The notes beneath the pieces are model-generated. The model was not told the origin of the DNA. It made no database searches and saw only the letters and a program-made list of their open reading frames with translations. Shown one piece after another: positions 1-9,753 of a DNA stretch of 64,000 nt (its first letter is position 1; the number at the start of each line of letters is the position of its first letter). The position numbers and the translations under genes are program-made. The DNA is taken from contig CAVWUP010000007.1 of assembly GCA_963758155.1 (NCBI GenBank), positions 12,823-76,822 on the forward strand, written 5' to 3'. The DNA is from an uncultured delta proteobacterium. Its GTDB lineage: Bacteria > Myxococcota_A > Polyangia > Fen-1088.

Positions 1-28
1 CGATTTCATCCCCACCAACCGCGATGCC

Positions 29-1108
29 GTGCTCACCGTAGTCGGTGCGGGAGAACACGCCCGTTTCGTACCGCTTGCCGTGGAAGGCGCCTACGCCGTG
101 ACCCCCGCTCCCGACCACAGAAGCTACCTCGTGCGCGGAGAGCCGGGCGTCACCGGCTTCGTTTCCCTGCGCTTTGGCTATCGCCCCGATGGCCTTCCCT
201 CGGAGTTCGCCGGAGCGAGCCTCGCCACCCTTGAAGACCCCGTGCAGCGTGTCTTGCGGGAAGCCAACGTACCGGCGCCATTCTCGACCTCAGCGTCAGG
301 CGACAACGCCCTGATTGAACTGGTGTGCGCCGATGCACAGGGCAAGCCCCATCGCCTCGAACCTGGCAAGGAGAACGTCATCCCCTTCGCCGAGCGGAGC
401 ACCTGCCGGGTGCTCATCCACCGCGAGCGTTTGCGACCAGAAGATGGGCAGCAGGAAGTCGTCCTCGACGTGGACGTGACGGCGGCCGACGGGAGTGCGC
501 GCGGCTCGGCCGGCCTGCACGAGCGCATGGTCTTGCGCCCTGGCGGCGACGTGCGGGTCATCCCACTCAAGGGTGGCACGCGGCAGTTCGATCACATCGT
601 TGTGCGCATGGCCCACGTACTCGACGAAACACGCTACACATTGGGGCCGCTGACCAGCGATGGACTGCCAGCGGTCCAGTGGTCGGTTACGATCGAGGGC
701 GGCCGGGCGCGCCTCTATGGAACCGTCTCCATTCCCGCCGGCCTGTACCGCATGACCAGCCCGGCCGGGCAACTGACGCTCAATTTCGGGGTGCTTTCCC
801 GCATCGTCAAGCTCGACCGGCGGGGCAAGGAGAGCCTGCTGGGACTGGAACTGGGCTTGATGGGCATGGGCTTGCTCCAGCCGGCCAATACCACGCCGTA
901 TCCCGCGACCCTGGGCGCCGTCGGTGGGGTCGGCATTCGCCTACCACTCGGCGGCAGCGACACCGCAATCGCCATCCACATGTGGGGCGTGTACGAGTTT
1001 CGCGGCCGCTACGCCCCGGACCCCAGCTCGCCCAACGCAGATGCCTCGCACTGGGCCATCATCTTCGGCCCCAGCGTCTCCATCGGAAACGTAGGCGCGA
1101 ACCTCTGA
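29..1108 (+). CDS. hypothetical protein (may continue upstream of the window)
   Basis: 359-aa ORF with coding-like composition, in the same direction as the lipoprotein gene that follows. No family recognised by eye. Confidence 0.4.
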   Translation: MLTVVGAGEHARFVPLAVEGAYAVTPAPDHRSYLVRGEPGVTGFVSLRFGYRPDGLPSEFAGASLATLEDPVQRVLREANVPAPFSTSASGDNALIELVCADAQGKPHRLEPGKENVIPFAERSTCRVLIHRERLRPEDGQQEVVLDVDVTAADGSARGSAGLHERMVLRPGGDVRVIPLKGGTRQFDHIVVRMAHVLDETRYTLGPLTSDGLPAVQWSVTIEGGRARLYGTVSIPAGLYRMTSPAGQLTLNFGVLSRIVKLDRRGKESLLGLELGLMGMGLLQPANTTPYPATLGAVGGVGIRLPLGGSDTAIAIHMWGVYEFRGRYAPDPSSPNADASHWAIIFGPSVSIGNVGANL

Positions 1109-1211
1109 CGGTATTGTTCATGACCGACGATGCGAACCAGTTCACGCTCAGCCTGGATCTGAAAAATCTTTCGGTTGGCGCCCCCAGCAGCCAGGCGCTA
1201 GACAGGAAACC

Positions 1212-2105
1212 ATGAGAAACTACGTCTTCTTCCTTTTTGCTAGTGGTCTCCTCGTCGGAGCCTGCGTGACCACGGGCACCTACGACAAGAAAGTGGCCGA
1301 ACTTCAGAAGGTCACGGCCGATCACGACCAGGCCGCAGCGGCGCGCGAGAAGGCTCTGCAGTCGCGCATCGACGATTTGCAGAAGAAGATCGCCGATCTC
1401 GAAAAGCAGCTCACCGCCGCCGTGACCGAGCGCGATGGTCTGCGCAAGTCGCTCGACGACACCACGGCGCTGGCGGGTGAAATGAAAAAGCGTCTCGAAA
1501 AGCTGGGGCAGAACGTCGACAAGCTCACCGGCGAGAAGGGCGAGCTCGCGCGCACCCTGGAAGACGCCAAGGTCCGATTGGAGGAACTACGCAAGCAGAA
1601 GGCGGCGGCCGAGGCGCGGGCGGCAACGTTCCGCAATCTGGTCGCGCGGCTCAAGTCCATGATCGATGCAGGCCAGCTCAAGGTGATCGTTCGCGACGGG
1701 CGCATGGTGATCCAGCTCGAGTCCGACGTGCTCTTCGATTCGGGCAAGACCAACATCAAGCCCGACGGACAGACGGCGCTCGCCAAGCTGGCCCCGGTGC
1801 TCGCGGGGATAAACGATCGCAAGTACCTCGTCACCGGGTTCACCGACGACGTGCCGATTCACACCCAGCGCTTTCCCTCGAACTGGGAGCTTTCCACCGC
1901 GCGCGCCGTCGAGGTGGTGAAATTCTTGGTGGCGAGCGGACTCAAGCCGCAACAGGTGGCAGCCGCCGGTTACAGCGAGTTCGATCCCGTGGTGACCAAC
2001 GACACGCCTGAGCACCGTGCGCAGAACCGACGCATCGAGATCGTTTTGCAGCCGAATCTCTCCGATTTGCCCTCGCTCGACAATTTGCAGAGCGCCGCAA
2101 AGTAG
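1212..2105 (+). CDS. OmpA/MotB-family lipoprotein with long coiled-coil
   Basis: Lipobox LVGAC. About 150 aa of heptad-rich KxL/E repeats. C-terminal OmpA-like peptidoglycan-binding motifs (TGFTDD..., NRRIEIVL). Confidence 0.8.
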   Translation: MRNYVFFLFASGLLVGACVTTGTYDKKVAELQKVTADHDQAAAAREKALQSRIDDLQKKIADLEKQLTAAVTERDGLRKSLDDTTALAGEMKKRLEKLGQNVDKLTGEKGELARTLEDAKVRLEELRKQKAAAEARAATFRNLVARLKSMIDAGQLKVIVRDGRMVIQLESDVLFDSGKTNIKPDGQTALAKLAPVLAGINDRKYLVTGFTDDVPIHTQRFPSNWELSTARAVEVVKFLVASGLKPQQVAAAGYSEFDPVVTNDTPEHRAQNRRIEIVLQPNLSDLPSLDNLQSAAK

Positions 2106-2148
2106 CGCAGCCACGAGCCGAGAGGGCGGCAAGGCGCAGGCGGCCTGC

Positions 2149-2180
2149 GTGGCAGACCGCCACACGTGGCAGACTGCCAC
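2149..2180. promoter_or_regulatory. two tandem 15-bp palindromes GTGGCAGAC(C/T)GCCAC, candidate operator
   Basis: Read directly: GTGGC-N5-GCCAC twice, centres 17 bp apart, about 100 bp upstream of the response-regulator start. Confidence 0.3.
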
Positions 2181-2274
2181 GGGCCGTTTGCCGGCGGGTG
2201 ATGGCGCTGTAGCGGCTGCCGCTGGCCGAAGCATCTGGCACCGCTTGTGCAAGCCTCGGAGCAAGAGGCAGCTC

Positions 2275-2748
2275 GTGCGAAGAACCTCCCTGGTCGAATC
2301 GGCGTCCGCTCAATCAAGCGGCGACAGGCCAATTGCCCCTCCCCGGCGTTTGCTCGTGGCGGAAGACGACAAGGAATTTCGCGGTCTCTTGACGGCAGCC
2401 CTTCGATCCGATGGATATGAAATCGTCGAGGTAGCCACGGGATTCGAGCTGCTGGACGCTCTCATGACGTCTTCGACTTCCAATGCCAATGGGCGTTCCT
2501 TCGACCTAGTCATCTCAGATGTGCGCATGCCCGGATTGAACGGCATCACCGCTCTGGCAAGGCTGGGCGACAGCCACAAGGCCCCGCCGGTTGTCTTCGT
2601 CACGGCATTCGGCGACGACGAGGTGCATGAGCAGGCGCGGCAAGTCGGTGCCATAGACGTCCTGGACAAGCCGCTCGACATGGACGATCTGCGTGCCTTC
2701 GTGGCTGAGTTTCTGGCTGGTACGCGCCAGACCATCATCGGTCGCTAA
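2275..2748 (+). CDS. single-domain response regulator (CheY-like receiver)
   Basis: LLVAEDD...DLVISDVRMPGLNG...VVFVTAFGDD...K receiver motifs. There is no in-frame ATG; start assumed at the in-frame GTG at 2275. Confidence 0.7.
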   Translation: MRRTSLVESASAQSSGDRPIAPPRRLLVAEDDKEFRGLLTAALRSDGYEIVEVATGFELLDALMTSSTSNANGRSFDLVISDVRMPGLNGITALARLGDSHKAPPVVFVTAFGDDEVHEQARQVGAIDVLDKPLDMDDLRAFVAEFLAGTRQTIIGR

Positions 2749-3125
2749 GCGGGTCCCTCGGGACCACCGGACCAGCTCTTCGGCAGCCATCCCCGCACCC
2801 GACGAACCAGCGGACTTGCCTGGGGCTCTGGCAGCGAGGAATTGAGGATCTGCTCGTCGTAGATTGCGTTGATGTCGCCACTGGTGAGGACTGCGACCAC
2901 TTTCTGTTTCAAATCCTGGGTCTCGACCACCAGCAGATCCTTGCTTTCAAACCTGGCCATCTTGGTAAGGGCGGAATACAGGCTCTGATCGCCGGTGACT
3001 GTGACTGCGGGGGTGGCGAGATCCCGGGCCACGACTAGCGCAGACAGGGCGGCACGGCTGCTCAGTGTGTATCGCACCGCCTCGAACGAGACGACCCCCA
3101 CCAGAGCGCCGTCCTCGCCCAACAC
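2745..3125 (-). CDS. CBS-domain pair, probably the displaced C-terminal part of the ClC gene
   Basis: Two CBS-like repeats (VLGEDGALVGVVS..., VVARDLATPAVTV...). They lie immediately downstream of the ClC ORF but in a different frame. Confidence 0.5.
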   Translation of the reverse strand: MLGEDGALVGVVSFEAVRYTLSSRAALSALVVARDLATPAVTVTGDQSLYSALTKMARFESKDLLVVETQDLKQKVVAVLTSGDINAIYDEQILNSSLPEPQASPLVRRVRGWLPKSWSGGPEGPA

Positions 3126-3159
3126 CGGCAGGCACGTGAGCCCGCTGGACGAAAAACGC

Positions 3160-4797
3160 TCAAGGACCGCAGCAAGCGGCGTTTCTTTCGCTCACCGGCT
3201 GGGGCGGCGGGCTGGGACGCAGGGCCAGGATGTCCTGGACCGTGGAGCGTTCGAGCAGGGTCCGAATGATTCGGCGCTGGTGCGCGGGAGAGGACAAGCG
3301 GGCCGGAAGCTGCTTTTCGTAAATGGTCCGGTTTCTGACCAGCAAGAACCCCAGCATGCACACGAACATCGTGGGCACCAGGAGTTGGTAGTTGCCGGTC
3401 ATCTCGCTGACCATAATGATGGTGGAGATGGGAACGCGAGCTGCGGCTGCGAAGAAGCCTGCCATGCCCACCATTGCAAAAGCGCCTGGGTCAGGCACCA
3501 GAGCAGGCTGCCATCCGTGGAAGATCAATCCCACGGCGCCGCCAAGCGAGCCGCCGATCACGACCGCCGGTCCGAAGACGCCGCCGCTGCCACCCGAGCC
3601 AACCGTGAATGAGGTGGTCAGCATCTTGGCGCAAGCAATGATGAGCAACGAGATGACGGTGCCTTGTCCTTGAAACGCGCCCTGAATCACGCCCAAGCCG
3701 GTTGAAAGCGCCTCGGGGACGAAGAGGCCGATGGCGCCCACAATAAGCCCGCCTAGGGCTGGCTTCAGCCACGGCGGCATGGCCAGTTTCCGAAACCAGT
3801 CGCGGATTCCGTAGAATACCCGGGGATAGGTGCGGCCCCCTAACGCCACTACCAGCGCGAGCACGAGGTACGGTCCGAGTTCAAGTGGCGTTCGAAACTG
3901 GAAATTCGGCGTCTCGAACAGAGGGGTCCAGCCGAAGATCGAGCCGAAGGTGCTGTAGGCAACGATGGAGGATAGGATGGCTGGCGCGATGACCTCGTAT
4001 TCGAGGTCCATCTCGCGGTAGAGCACCTCGGCGGCGAACAGGGCGCCCGCCAGCGGCGCTCGGAAGATGGCGCCAATGCCAGCCCCTAAGCCGGCGGCCA
4101 TGAGCGTGCGACGCTGGCGGGTCGAGAGCCCGAGCCAGCCCGCCACCGTGGACCCGAGACCGGCGCCGATCTGGGCGATCGGTCCTTCCCGCCCCGCCGA
4201 CCCACCGGTGCCCATGGTGATGGCTGCAGTGATGGCTTTCACAAATGGTACGCGAGCCCGGATTTTGCCGTCGCGAAAATGATAGGCATCGATGGCAGCG
4301 TCGGTGCCGTGTCCCTCTGCCTCGGGCGCCAGCCAAAACACCAGTAGGCCGCTCACCAAACCGCCCAGGGCGGGAAGCACGACGAGGATCAGACGCGACA
4401 GCGGACGTGCAGTTGCGGCAAAGAGCGGAGTCTCGCCCAACGGTCCGGGCGGCCGGTATCCCGCCATGCCATCGAGAAACAGATGCTTGGAATACCCGAG
4501 CAGGTAGTGAAACCCTGCCGCCCCAAAGCCGGCGATCACTCCGACCACTGCGCACAGAACCAGCAGCGTCCCAAAGTCCACGAAGTGGCGGCGCAAGGCG
4601 AGCGCGTTCTGGTCGGCGGGTGCAATCACTGCGAATCCTCTGGCGCTTTCATAGCGCACGCGCTGCCAACTCCCCAAGATCGTCGACGATTTTCTCCTGT
4701 ATTCGACGACTCTCTGCCGGACCATGTCGACGCGGCAGGCAAGTGCAGATTGCGACAGCGATGAATGGAGCGGGGTTGACCACGCTCGTGCGCACAC
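3160..4797 (-). CDS. clcA: ClC-type chloride channel / H+-Cl- antiporter
   Basis: GSGGSAGREGP and GSGGSGGVFGP selectivity motifs and multiple TM helices. Its C-terminus begins a CBS domain, then hits a stop. Start could be the downstream Met near 4725. Confidence 0.85.
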   Translation of the reverse strand: MCARAWSTPLHSSLSQSALACRVDMVRQRVVEYRRKSSTILGSWQRVRYESARGFAVIAPADQNALALRRHFVDFGTLLVLCAVVGVIAGFGAAGFHYLLGYSKHLFLDGMAGYRPPGPLGETPLFAATARPLSRLILVVLPALGGLVSGLLVFWLAPEAEGHGTDAAIDAYHFRDGKIRARVPFVKAITAAITMGTGGSAGREGPIAQIGAGLGSTVAGWLGLSTRQRRTLMAAGLGAGIGAIFRAPLAGALFAAEVLYREMDLEYEVIAPAILSSIVAYSTFGSIFGWTPLFETPNFQFRTPLELGPYLVLALVVALGGRTYPRVFYGIRDWFRKLAMPPWLKPALGGLIVGAIGLFVPEALSTGLGVIQGAFQGQGTVISLLIIACAKMLTTSFTVGSGGSGGVFGPAVVIGGSLGGAVGLIFHGWQPALVPDPGAFAMVGMAGFFAAAARVPISTIIMVSEMTGNYQLLVPTMFVCMLGFLLVRNRTIYEKQLPARLSSPAHQRRIIRTLLERSTVQDILALRPSPPPQPVSERNAACCGP

Positions 4798-5027
4798 CGG
4801 GTCTCAGTGCGCCGCCAGCTCAAGAAGAAGTGGGATGGACGCGAGCGTGGAGCCGAAGACGAACTGGGCGTGGCAGGATGTCACGCGAGGCGGATTGCCA
4901 CGCCTCCGTACCGGACGGTCATTGGGCATGCTCCTCGGACGGGGCCGCATTGGCGCCCACTAGAACCCATTCGGCCCAGGGCAGCCTGCGGCACGCGGTT
5001 TGCTAAACGCTGACGGCGAGGTAATTC

Positions 5028-5783
5028 ATGCCGGACGCCAGCCACATCATTCGTTTCAGCTTGGTCGCAAGTTCGCTCTGCCTGGCCCTGACAGGCTGCA
5101 AGGCCCAGTACCCAGCGTGCGATACGGATCGCGACTGCAAGGACAAGGAGTTTTGCGTGGACCGCAAGTGCCAGCAGTGCCGCAATAACGGGGACTGCGG
5201 CCAGGGTCGCGCGTGCACCAGCGGTCGCTGCTCCGCCATTCCCGGCTACTGCCGCGACAAGAGCGAATGTGCCAAGGGCCAGGTTTGCATGGCCAATCAG
5301 TGCCGGGCCTGTCAGCTCGACAGCGAATGTCCCAGCGGTGACCGCTGCGACCAGGGCCTTTGCATCAAGGCATGCACACGTGACGAGAATTGCGCTCGTG
5401 GCGAGACCTGCGTCAATGGTGTGTGCATGGCGACCAGAAGCGAGATCGAACCCAAACACGCCTGCTCGCTCGACCCAGTGTACTTCGCCTTCGACGAGGC
5501 TCTGCTGACCACCGAGGCCAGGAACACGTTGAAGAAGGGCGACGAGTGCCTGAAGAAGACGCCAGATCCCCTGACTCTTGTCGGGCACGCGGATCCACGG
5601 GGTACCACCGAATACAACATGGCCTTGTCCGAGCACCGAGCGCAAGCGGTGAAGGACTATCTAAAACGACTGGGCGTCAAGCCCAGCAGTCTGCGCACGG
5701 TGCCGCGCGGAGAGCTCGATGCCACTGGCACCGACGAGGCCAGCTGGGCTCGTGATCGACGCGTGGACTCGGAATGGCGCTAA
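5028..5783 (+). CDS. OmpA-like lipoprotein with Myxococcales cysteine-rich repeats
   Basis: Lipobox LALTGC. Repeated CxxxxECxxGQxCxxxxC units, which look like the Myxococcus cysteine-rich repeat. C-terminal OmpA-like domain (VYFAFDEA...GHADPRGTTEYNMALSEHRA). Confidence 0.8.
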   Translation: MPDASHIIRFSLVASSLCLALTGCKAQYPACDTDRDCKDKEFCVDRKCQQCRNNGDCGQGRACTSGRCSAIPGYCRDKSECAKGQVCMANQCRACQLDSECPSGDRCDQGLCIKACTRDENCARGETCVNGVCMATRSEIEPKHACSLDPVYFAFDEALLTTEARNTLKKGDECLKKTPDPLTLVGHADPRGTTEYNMALSEHRAQAVKDYLKRLGVKPSSLRTVPRGELDATGTDEASWARDRRVDSEWR

Positions 5784-5825
5784 GCACTTGCAGTTTCGAT
5801 CAACCCATTCGCATTACCAACAACA

Positions 5826-6146
5826 GTGGAGGAGAAAGAGATGATGACCCGCAAATTCAGCGCATTGATGTCCCTGGCTCTCGGTGCAACGTTGCTTGCC
5901 AGCGCCGGATGTGAGGACGAGGCAAGCAAGGCCGCCCTCAACACCTGCAACACGAGTCTCGAAAGCATGAAGAAGAGCTCGTCCGCTCAAACGACAAGCA
6001 TGAACCAGATGAAGGCTGATCTTGCCCAGGCCCAGGCCAAGGTGCAGGAGTTGACCAAGGAAAACGAGCAGCTCAAGAACCCCAAGACGGGCAAGGCAGA
6101 GACGTCTGCTGCCAAGAAGCCTGCCGCTCCAGCCAAGAAGAAATAG
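5826..6146 (+). CDS. small coiled-coil lipoprotein with Lys-rich tail
   Basis: GGAGGAGAAAGAG ribosome-binding site, signal peptide LLASAGC, K-rich C-terminus. Confidence 0.5.
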   Translation: MEEKEMMTRKFSALMSLALGATLLASAGCEDEASKAALNTCNTSLESMKKSSSAQTTSMNQMKADLAQAQAKVQELTKENEQLKNPKTGKAETSAAKKPAAPAKKK

Positions 6147-6427
6147 GCAGGTCGGCGGACTGGAAAAGCAACGACGTGTACACCAAGATCTCCATTGGGA
6201 GCGCCATTGCAGGGATACTAGCCATCGTATACACACAATATTCGAATGTCAGTTGGCCATACATCCTTGCAGCGGTACTTGGTGTTGTGTCGCTCGTCAG
6301 CGGCAAGAGGCTCGATTGATGTCCAGGGCACGCGGACGCTGCCGCTGATCGTCCGCATGAAACGGTCGGCGAGACCGCTCTTGTGGCCGGGCGGCAGATC
6401 GTCCACGTGTCCGCCGCTCGCAAGCCT

Positions 6428-6736
6428 TTATTGGAAGTTGTGGCCCGGGGTAGCTTTCTGGCGCTGCCGGGTGGCGTGCAGGCCGTTCACGCTAGTCTCG
6501 ATCCAGGCGCCTCGGTCACCGCGACAGATGTTGAACTTGGAATCGCTCCACACGTAGCACACTTGACCGTCCTGGCTGGGTTCACAAACTGGCAGAGCCG
6601 ATCTGGCCAGGACGACCTGCGTCTCTCGCTGGCCGCAGCTTGAAGGTATGGCCGGCCTGTGATGGCAGGAGCACGCCGTCGCAACAGCCAACAACGCCAA
6701 GACAATTGTTCTTCGTAGCTTCTGAATATGTCCCAT
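6428..6736 (-). CDS. hypothetical small secreted/lipoprotein
   Basis: Signal-like N-terminus IVLALLAVATACSC. Other ORFs overlap here. Confidence 0.35.
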   Translation of the reverse strand: MGHIQKLRRTIVLALLAVATACSCHHRPAIPSSCGQRETQVVLARSALPVCEPSQDGQVCYVWSDSKFNICRGDRGAWIETSVNGLHATRQRQKATPGHNFQ

Positions 6737-6940
6737 TGTTGGATCCCGCGAGTGGGCTCGCTGACGTGGCCGCATCGAGCCACTCCTTGATGGCGATTCG
6801 ATTGGCGGCGCAAATGCGCGTTCCTCGCTGCCGCTCGATCACACGCAGATTCACCTGCAGATTGCGTGCCAGGGATGAACTTGGCTCCATCGTGTGCCAT
6901 CCTTCGGGCTGTCGCCCCCGGGGCAGGCCGTTCTTGGAAC

Positions 6941-7585
6941 ATGCGAATTCTCCTAGCACGCCACGGCGAAACGGAATGGAATTCCGAGGGTCGCTATCAA
7001 GGCCAGGGCTTCGATATTCCGCTTTCCGCAACCGGACGTTCCCAGGCCGAGGCATTGGCATCCCGTCTCGCGGATTTCGATTTCACGCGAATCGTTTCCT
7101 CTCCGCTCCTGCGCGCCAGACAGACCGCCGAGATCGTTCTGGGCAATCGTTCAGTTCCCGTGACCCTGGACCCTGATCTGATGGAGATCGCCCATGGGGA
7201 TTGGGAAGGGTGTTTGGACGCTGAAGTGAAGAAACGGGATGAACCTCGCCGCCGGGCATGGCGGGAGACTCCACATCTTGTGACCCTTCCTGGTGGCGAG
7301 TCCCTGGAACAGGTCATGGTCCGCGCCTGGAGCGCCTTGTGCAGGGCCTGTCATGGACTTCAGCCGCAGGAGACCCTGCTCATGGTTTCTCACGACGGCG
7401 TGAACCGCGTGCTGCTCTGCCGGGTTCTCGGGCTGAGTCTGGCGCGGGTATGGACGTTCCGTCAGGCTCCTGTTTGTTTGAACCTGCTGGAAGGAGCCGA
7501 TCCGGAACACCTGTCGCTGGTTCGCCTCAACGATGCCTCGCACCTGACGCCGCTCTTTGGCGAGGTGGTGCATCGCCGGGTTTGA
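6941..7585 (+). CDS. histidine phosphatase (phosphoglycerate mutase / CobC-like family)
   Basis: RHGETEWN catalytic motif at the N-terminus and a later HGDWEG. Start taken at MRILLARHG. Confidence 0.85.
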   Translation: MRILLARHGETEWNSEGRYQGQGFDIPLSATGRSQAEALASRLADFDFTRIVSSPLLRARQTAEIVLGNRSVPVTLDPDLMEIAHGDWEGCLDAEVKKRDEPRRRAWRETPHLVTLPGGESLEQVMVRAWSALCRACHGLQPQETLLMVSHDGVNRVLLCRVLGLSLARVWTFRQAPVCLNLLEGADPEHLSLVRLNDASHLTPLFGEVVHRRV

Positions 7586-7660
7586 AGCGGGCGGCTCGAC
7601 CGGTGGCACGCGACGCGGTCACAAATTGGCGCCCACGTTCCTGCCAGGCCGAGCCCATGT

Positions 7661-8212
7661 TCAGGCCAGACCAGCGACCCATCGATCAACTGCTGCCAAG
7701 GTCTCCGAGGGGTTGGCATCTCGTGTCCCCGTCATGTTCATCACCACGTTCCGATCGCGAAGCTCCGCCTCCAATTCTTCGATGAAGACACCTGTCCCGG
7801 GAGTGACGCCGTTTGACCAGGTCTCCTCGACCCCGCAGGCGGGCGAGCCATTCTTGCCGATAACTCCTACCACCGTAACCCCAGACTGCTGGTATTGCTG
7901 AATCTCGTCCACTAACTCCGCTGCAATCCGGCGACACGCAGCGCGGCCTGGATACTTCTGGAGCACTCCGCGAATATCTATCTTCTCCCGGGAGAGCCCG
8001 AGAATTCGCAACTCCGCGCAGGGCATCTGTACGATTCCTATCCCACGCTCCATCAACCCGGCAATGAGTTCGGTTATGGCGCTGGGACGTTCTGCGGCGC
8101 CAGCTACTCTCGCATTTTGGTTGATCGCACAGTGCGGGACCAGGATGACCCTTCTGCTGCGGCAGTCATCAGTAGCTCGACCTGCCAGCAGTCTTTTCAA
8201 GAACTCTCTCAT
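7661..8212 (-). CDS. conserved hypothetical, DUF523-like (possible Fe-S protein)
   Basis: ILVPHCAINQNARV and GKNGSPACG motifs recalled as typical of DUF523, the TudS-like family. Weak, from memory. Confidence 0.4.
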   Translation of the reverse strand: MREFLKRLLAGRATDDCRSRRVILVPHCAINQNARVAGAAERPSAITELIAGLMERGIGIVQMPCAELRILGLSREKIDIRGVLQKYPGRAACRRIAAELVDEIQQYQQSGVTVVGVIGKNGSPACGVEETWSNGVTPGTGVFIEELEAELRDRNVVMNMTGTRDANPSETLAAVDRWVAGLA

Positions 8213-8215
8213 CGT

Positions 8216-8866
8216 TCACGACCTCTCTGATTGCACCGTGCGATGCTTGTGAGGAGAACCGGTTCGCCTGGTCCGGTGCCTCAGGCTATCGAGAAACAGG
8301 AAATCGGCCCCCACTACTACGAGACGATCATCGAGCTCGTCCTGCGCTCGGAGGCTCGCCGCGTTCTCGGACGCTGCACGCCCGAGGAGCTCTATTCGAC
8401 CAAGCGGGATCTGATCGAGCGCGAAATCCGGGAGGGTCTGCGCGCCAGCGCCCAACAGAAAGCTGGCGATCAGCACGGCCAGGACCAGCAGCGTGATCAC
8501 CACGTAGAACCGATCGCGCTCCGCGATGAAGAAGCCGACCGACAGGGCCACCCTCAGCGCGGGTGTGGCAATGAGCACCAGGATGCCCAGCTCGATGATC
8601 GCGTATGACTTGCCGACGACGGCCGCCCGAAGGATCTCGCCTGGCGCGGTGGGGAAGTGACCCGGGCTTCCTGGCGGCGCAAAGGCAAGCAGGGCGCCCA
8701 GACCGTGCGGCAACACCGAGGCGTAGCCGGTCTGGCCCGTGCGGGCCATCTGGACCACTCCAGCCACGATGAGGGCCGTTCCCAGCAACACGCCGACGCG
8801 CAGGACGTAGCTCACCAGCAGTTCCATGCGTCTGGCCGTGATTCCGCTGGCGGAGTCTTCAGTCAT
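8216..8866 (-). CDS. DUF1634-like membrane protein (TauE partner); C-terminal third doubtful
   Basis: 3-4 TM helices in the first ~140 aa. ATGA overlap with the TauE stop. The tail overlaps an SPFH-like fragment on the + strand. Confidence 0.55.
   Translation of the reverse strand: MTEDSASGITARRMELLVSYVLRVGVLLGTALIVAGVVQMARTGQTGYASVLPHGLGALLAFAPPGSPGHFPTAPGEILRAAVVGKSYAIIELGILVLIATPALRVALSVGFFIAERDRFYVVITLLVLAVLIASFLLGAGAQTLPDFALDQIPLGRIELLGRAASENAASLRAQDELDDRLVVVGADFLFLDSLRHRTRRTGSPHKHRTVQSERS
8290..8470 (+). pseudogene. SPFH/band-7 (HflC/stomatin-like) domain fragment
   Basis: YYETIIELVLRSEARRVLGRCTPEELYSTKRDLIEREIREGL matches the SPFH-domain consensus, then decays. No complete gene. Confidence 0.35.
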
Positions 8867-9750
8867 GGTGCTCCGCCTCTCAGCAGTCCTGCGATCCCGC
8901 TTCGGATCATCTGCGCCGCCACAATCACCAAAACAACCAGAAGCACCCTGTGGATGAAACGGCTGCGCATCCTGCGCAGAAGCCTGGTTCCAATCACGGT
9001 GCCGGCCAACACGCCCAGAGCCACCGGCGCTGCGATGAACGGGTTGATGTCGCCGCGAGCGAAGTACGTGCCCGCGCTGGCCGCCACCGTTACCCCGATC
9101 ATGAAGTTGCTGGTCGTGGTCGATGCCTTGAGCGGCGCGCGCATCAAGCGGTCCATGGCGATCACCTTGAACAGGCCACTGCCGATGCCCAGCAATCCTG
9201 ACACCAGCCCCGCACCCCACATCACCGCAAGTCCCTGCGGGACCCGCGTGACCTGGTACTCGACCTGCCGTCCCAGCGCCGGGTCGAAGTACGAGCCCTG
9301 CAACCGCAGACGCGCCGCCAAGGGACTGCCCGTGCGACTGGGCGGCGTCTCGTCCCCACGCGAGCGGAAGGTCGACCAGCTGGCGTACGCCAGCACCAGC
9401 CCGAGAATCAGCGACAGCAGCGCCACAGGCAACAGGCCGGCCAGCAGCGCCCCGACCACCGCGCCCGTGGTGGTGGCCAGTTCCAGGAACATGGCCAGCC
9501 GCAGGTTGACCATGCGATCGCGAACGTAGGTTGCCGCTGCCCCGCTGGATGTCGCGATCACTGACACCAGGCTTGCCCCCATCGCATACCGAAGATCCAC
9601 GCCTGCAAATAGAGTCAGCGTAGGAATGATGATCAGCCCACCCCCGATCCCGAGCAACGACCCCAGCGCGCCGGCGAGAATACCGGCGGCCAAGACCATG
9701 AGGAAGAATGAGAGAGGCTCCAAGGAAAAACCTGCGGCGAAACCTGACAT
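8863..9750 (-). CDS. TauE/SafE family sulfite/anion exporter (DUF81)
   Basis: Two-fold repeat of 4-TM units with Gly-rich LGIGGGxxxxP and GxGxG motifs. Start at MSGFAAGF. Confidence 0.85.
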   Translation of the reverse strand: MSGFAAGFSLEPLSFFLMVLAAGILAGALGSLLGIGGGLIIIPTLTLFAGVDLRYAMGASLVSVIATSSGAAATYVRDRMVNLRLAMFLELATTTGAVVGALLAGLLPVALLSLILGLVLAYASWSTFRSRGDETPPSRTGSPLAARLRLQGSYFDPALGRQVEYQVTRVPQGLAVMWGAGLVSGLLGIGSGLFKVIAMDRLMRAPLKASTTTSNFMIGVTVAASAGTYFARGDINPFIAAPVALGVLAGTVIGTRLLRRMRSRFIHRVLLVVLVIVAAQMIRSGIAGLLRGGAP

Positions 9751-9753
9751 GAC

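Noticed and set aside
2995-5006. Several plus-strand ORFs (2995-3612, 4067-4282, 4245-5006, 4483-4764)
   Set aside because: All overlap the ClC gene on the opposite strand and look like GC-driven open frames.
8657-9529. 290-aa plus-strand ORF
   Set aside because: It is antisense to the TauE/SafE gene, whose TM-repeat architecture is convincing.
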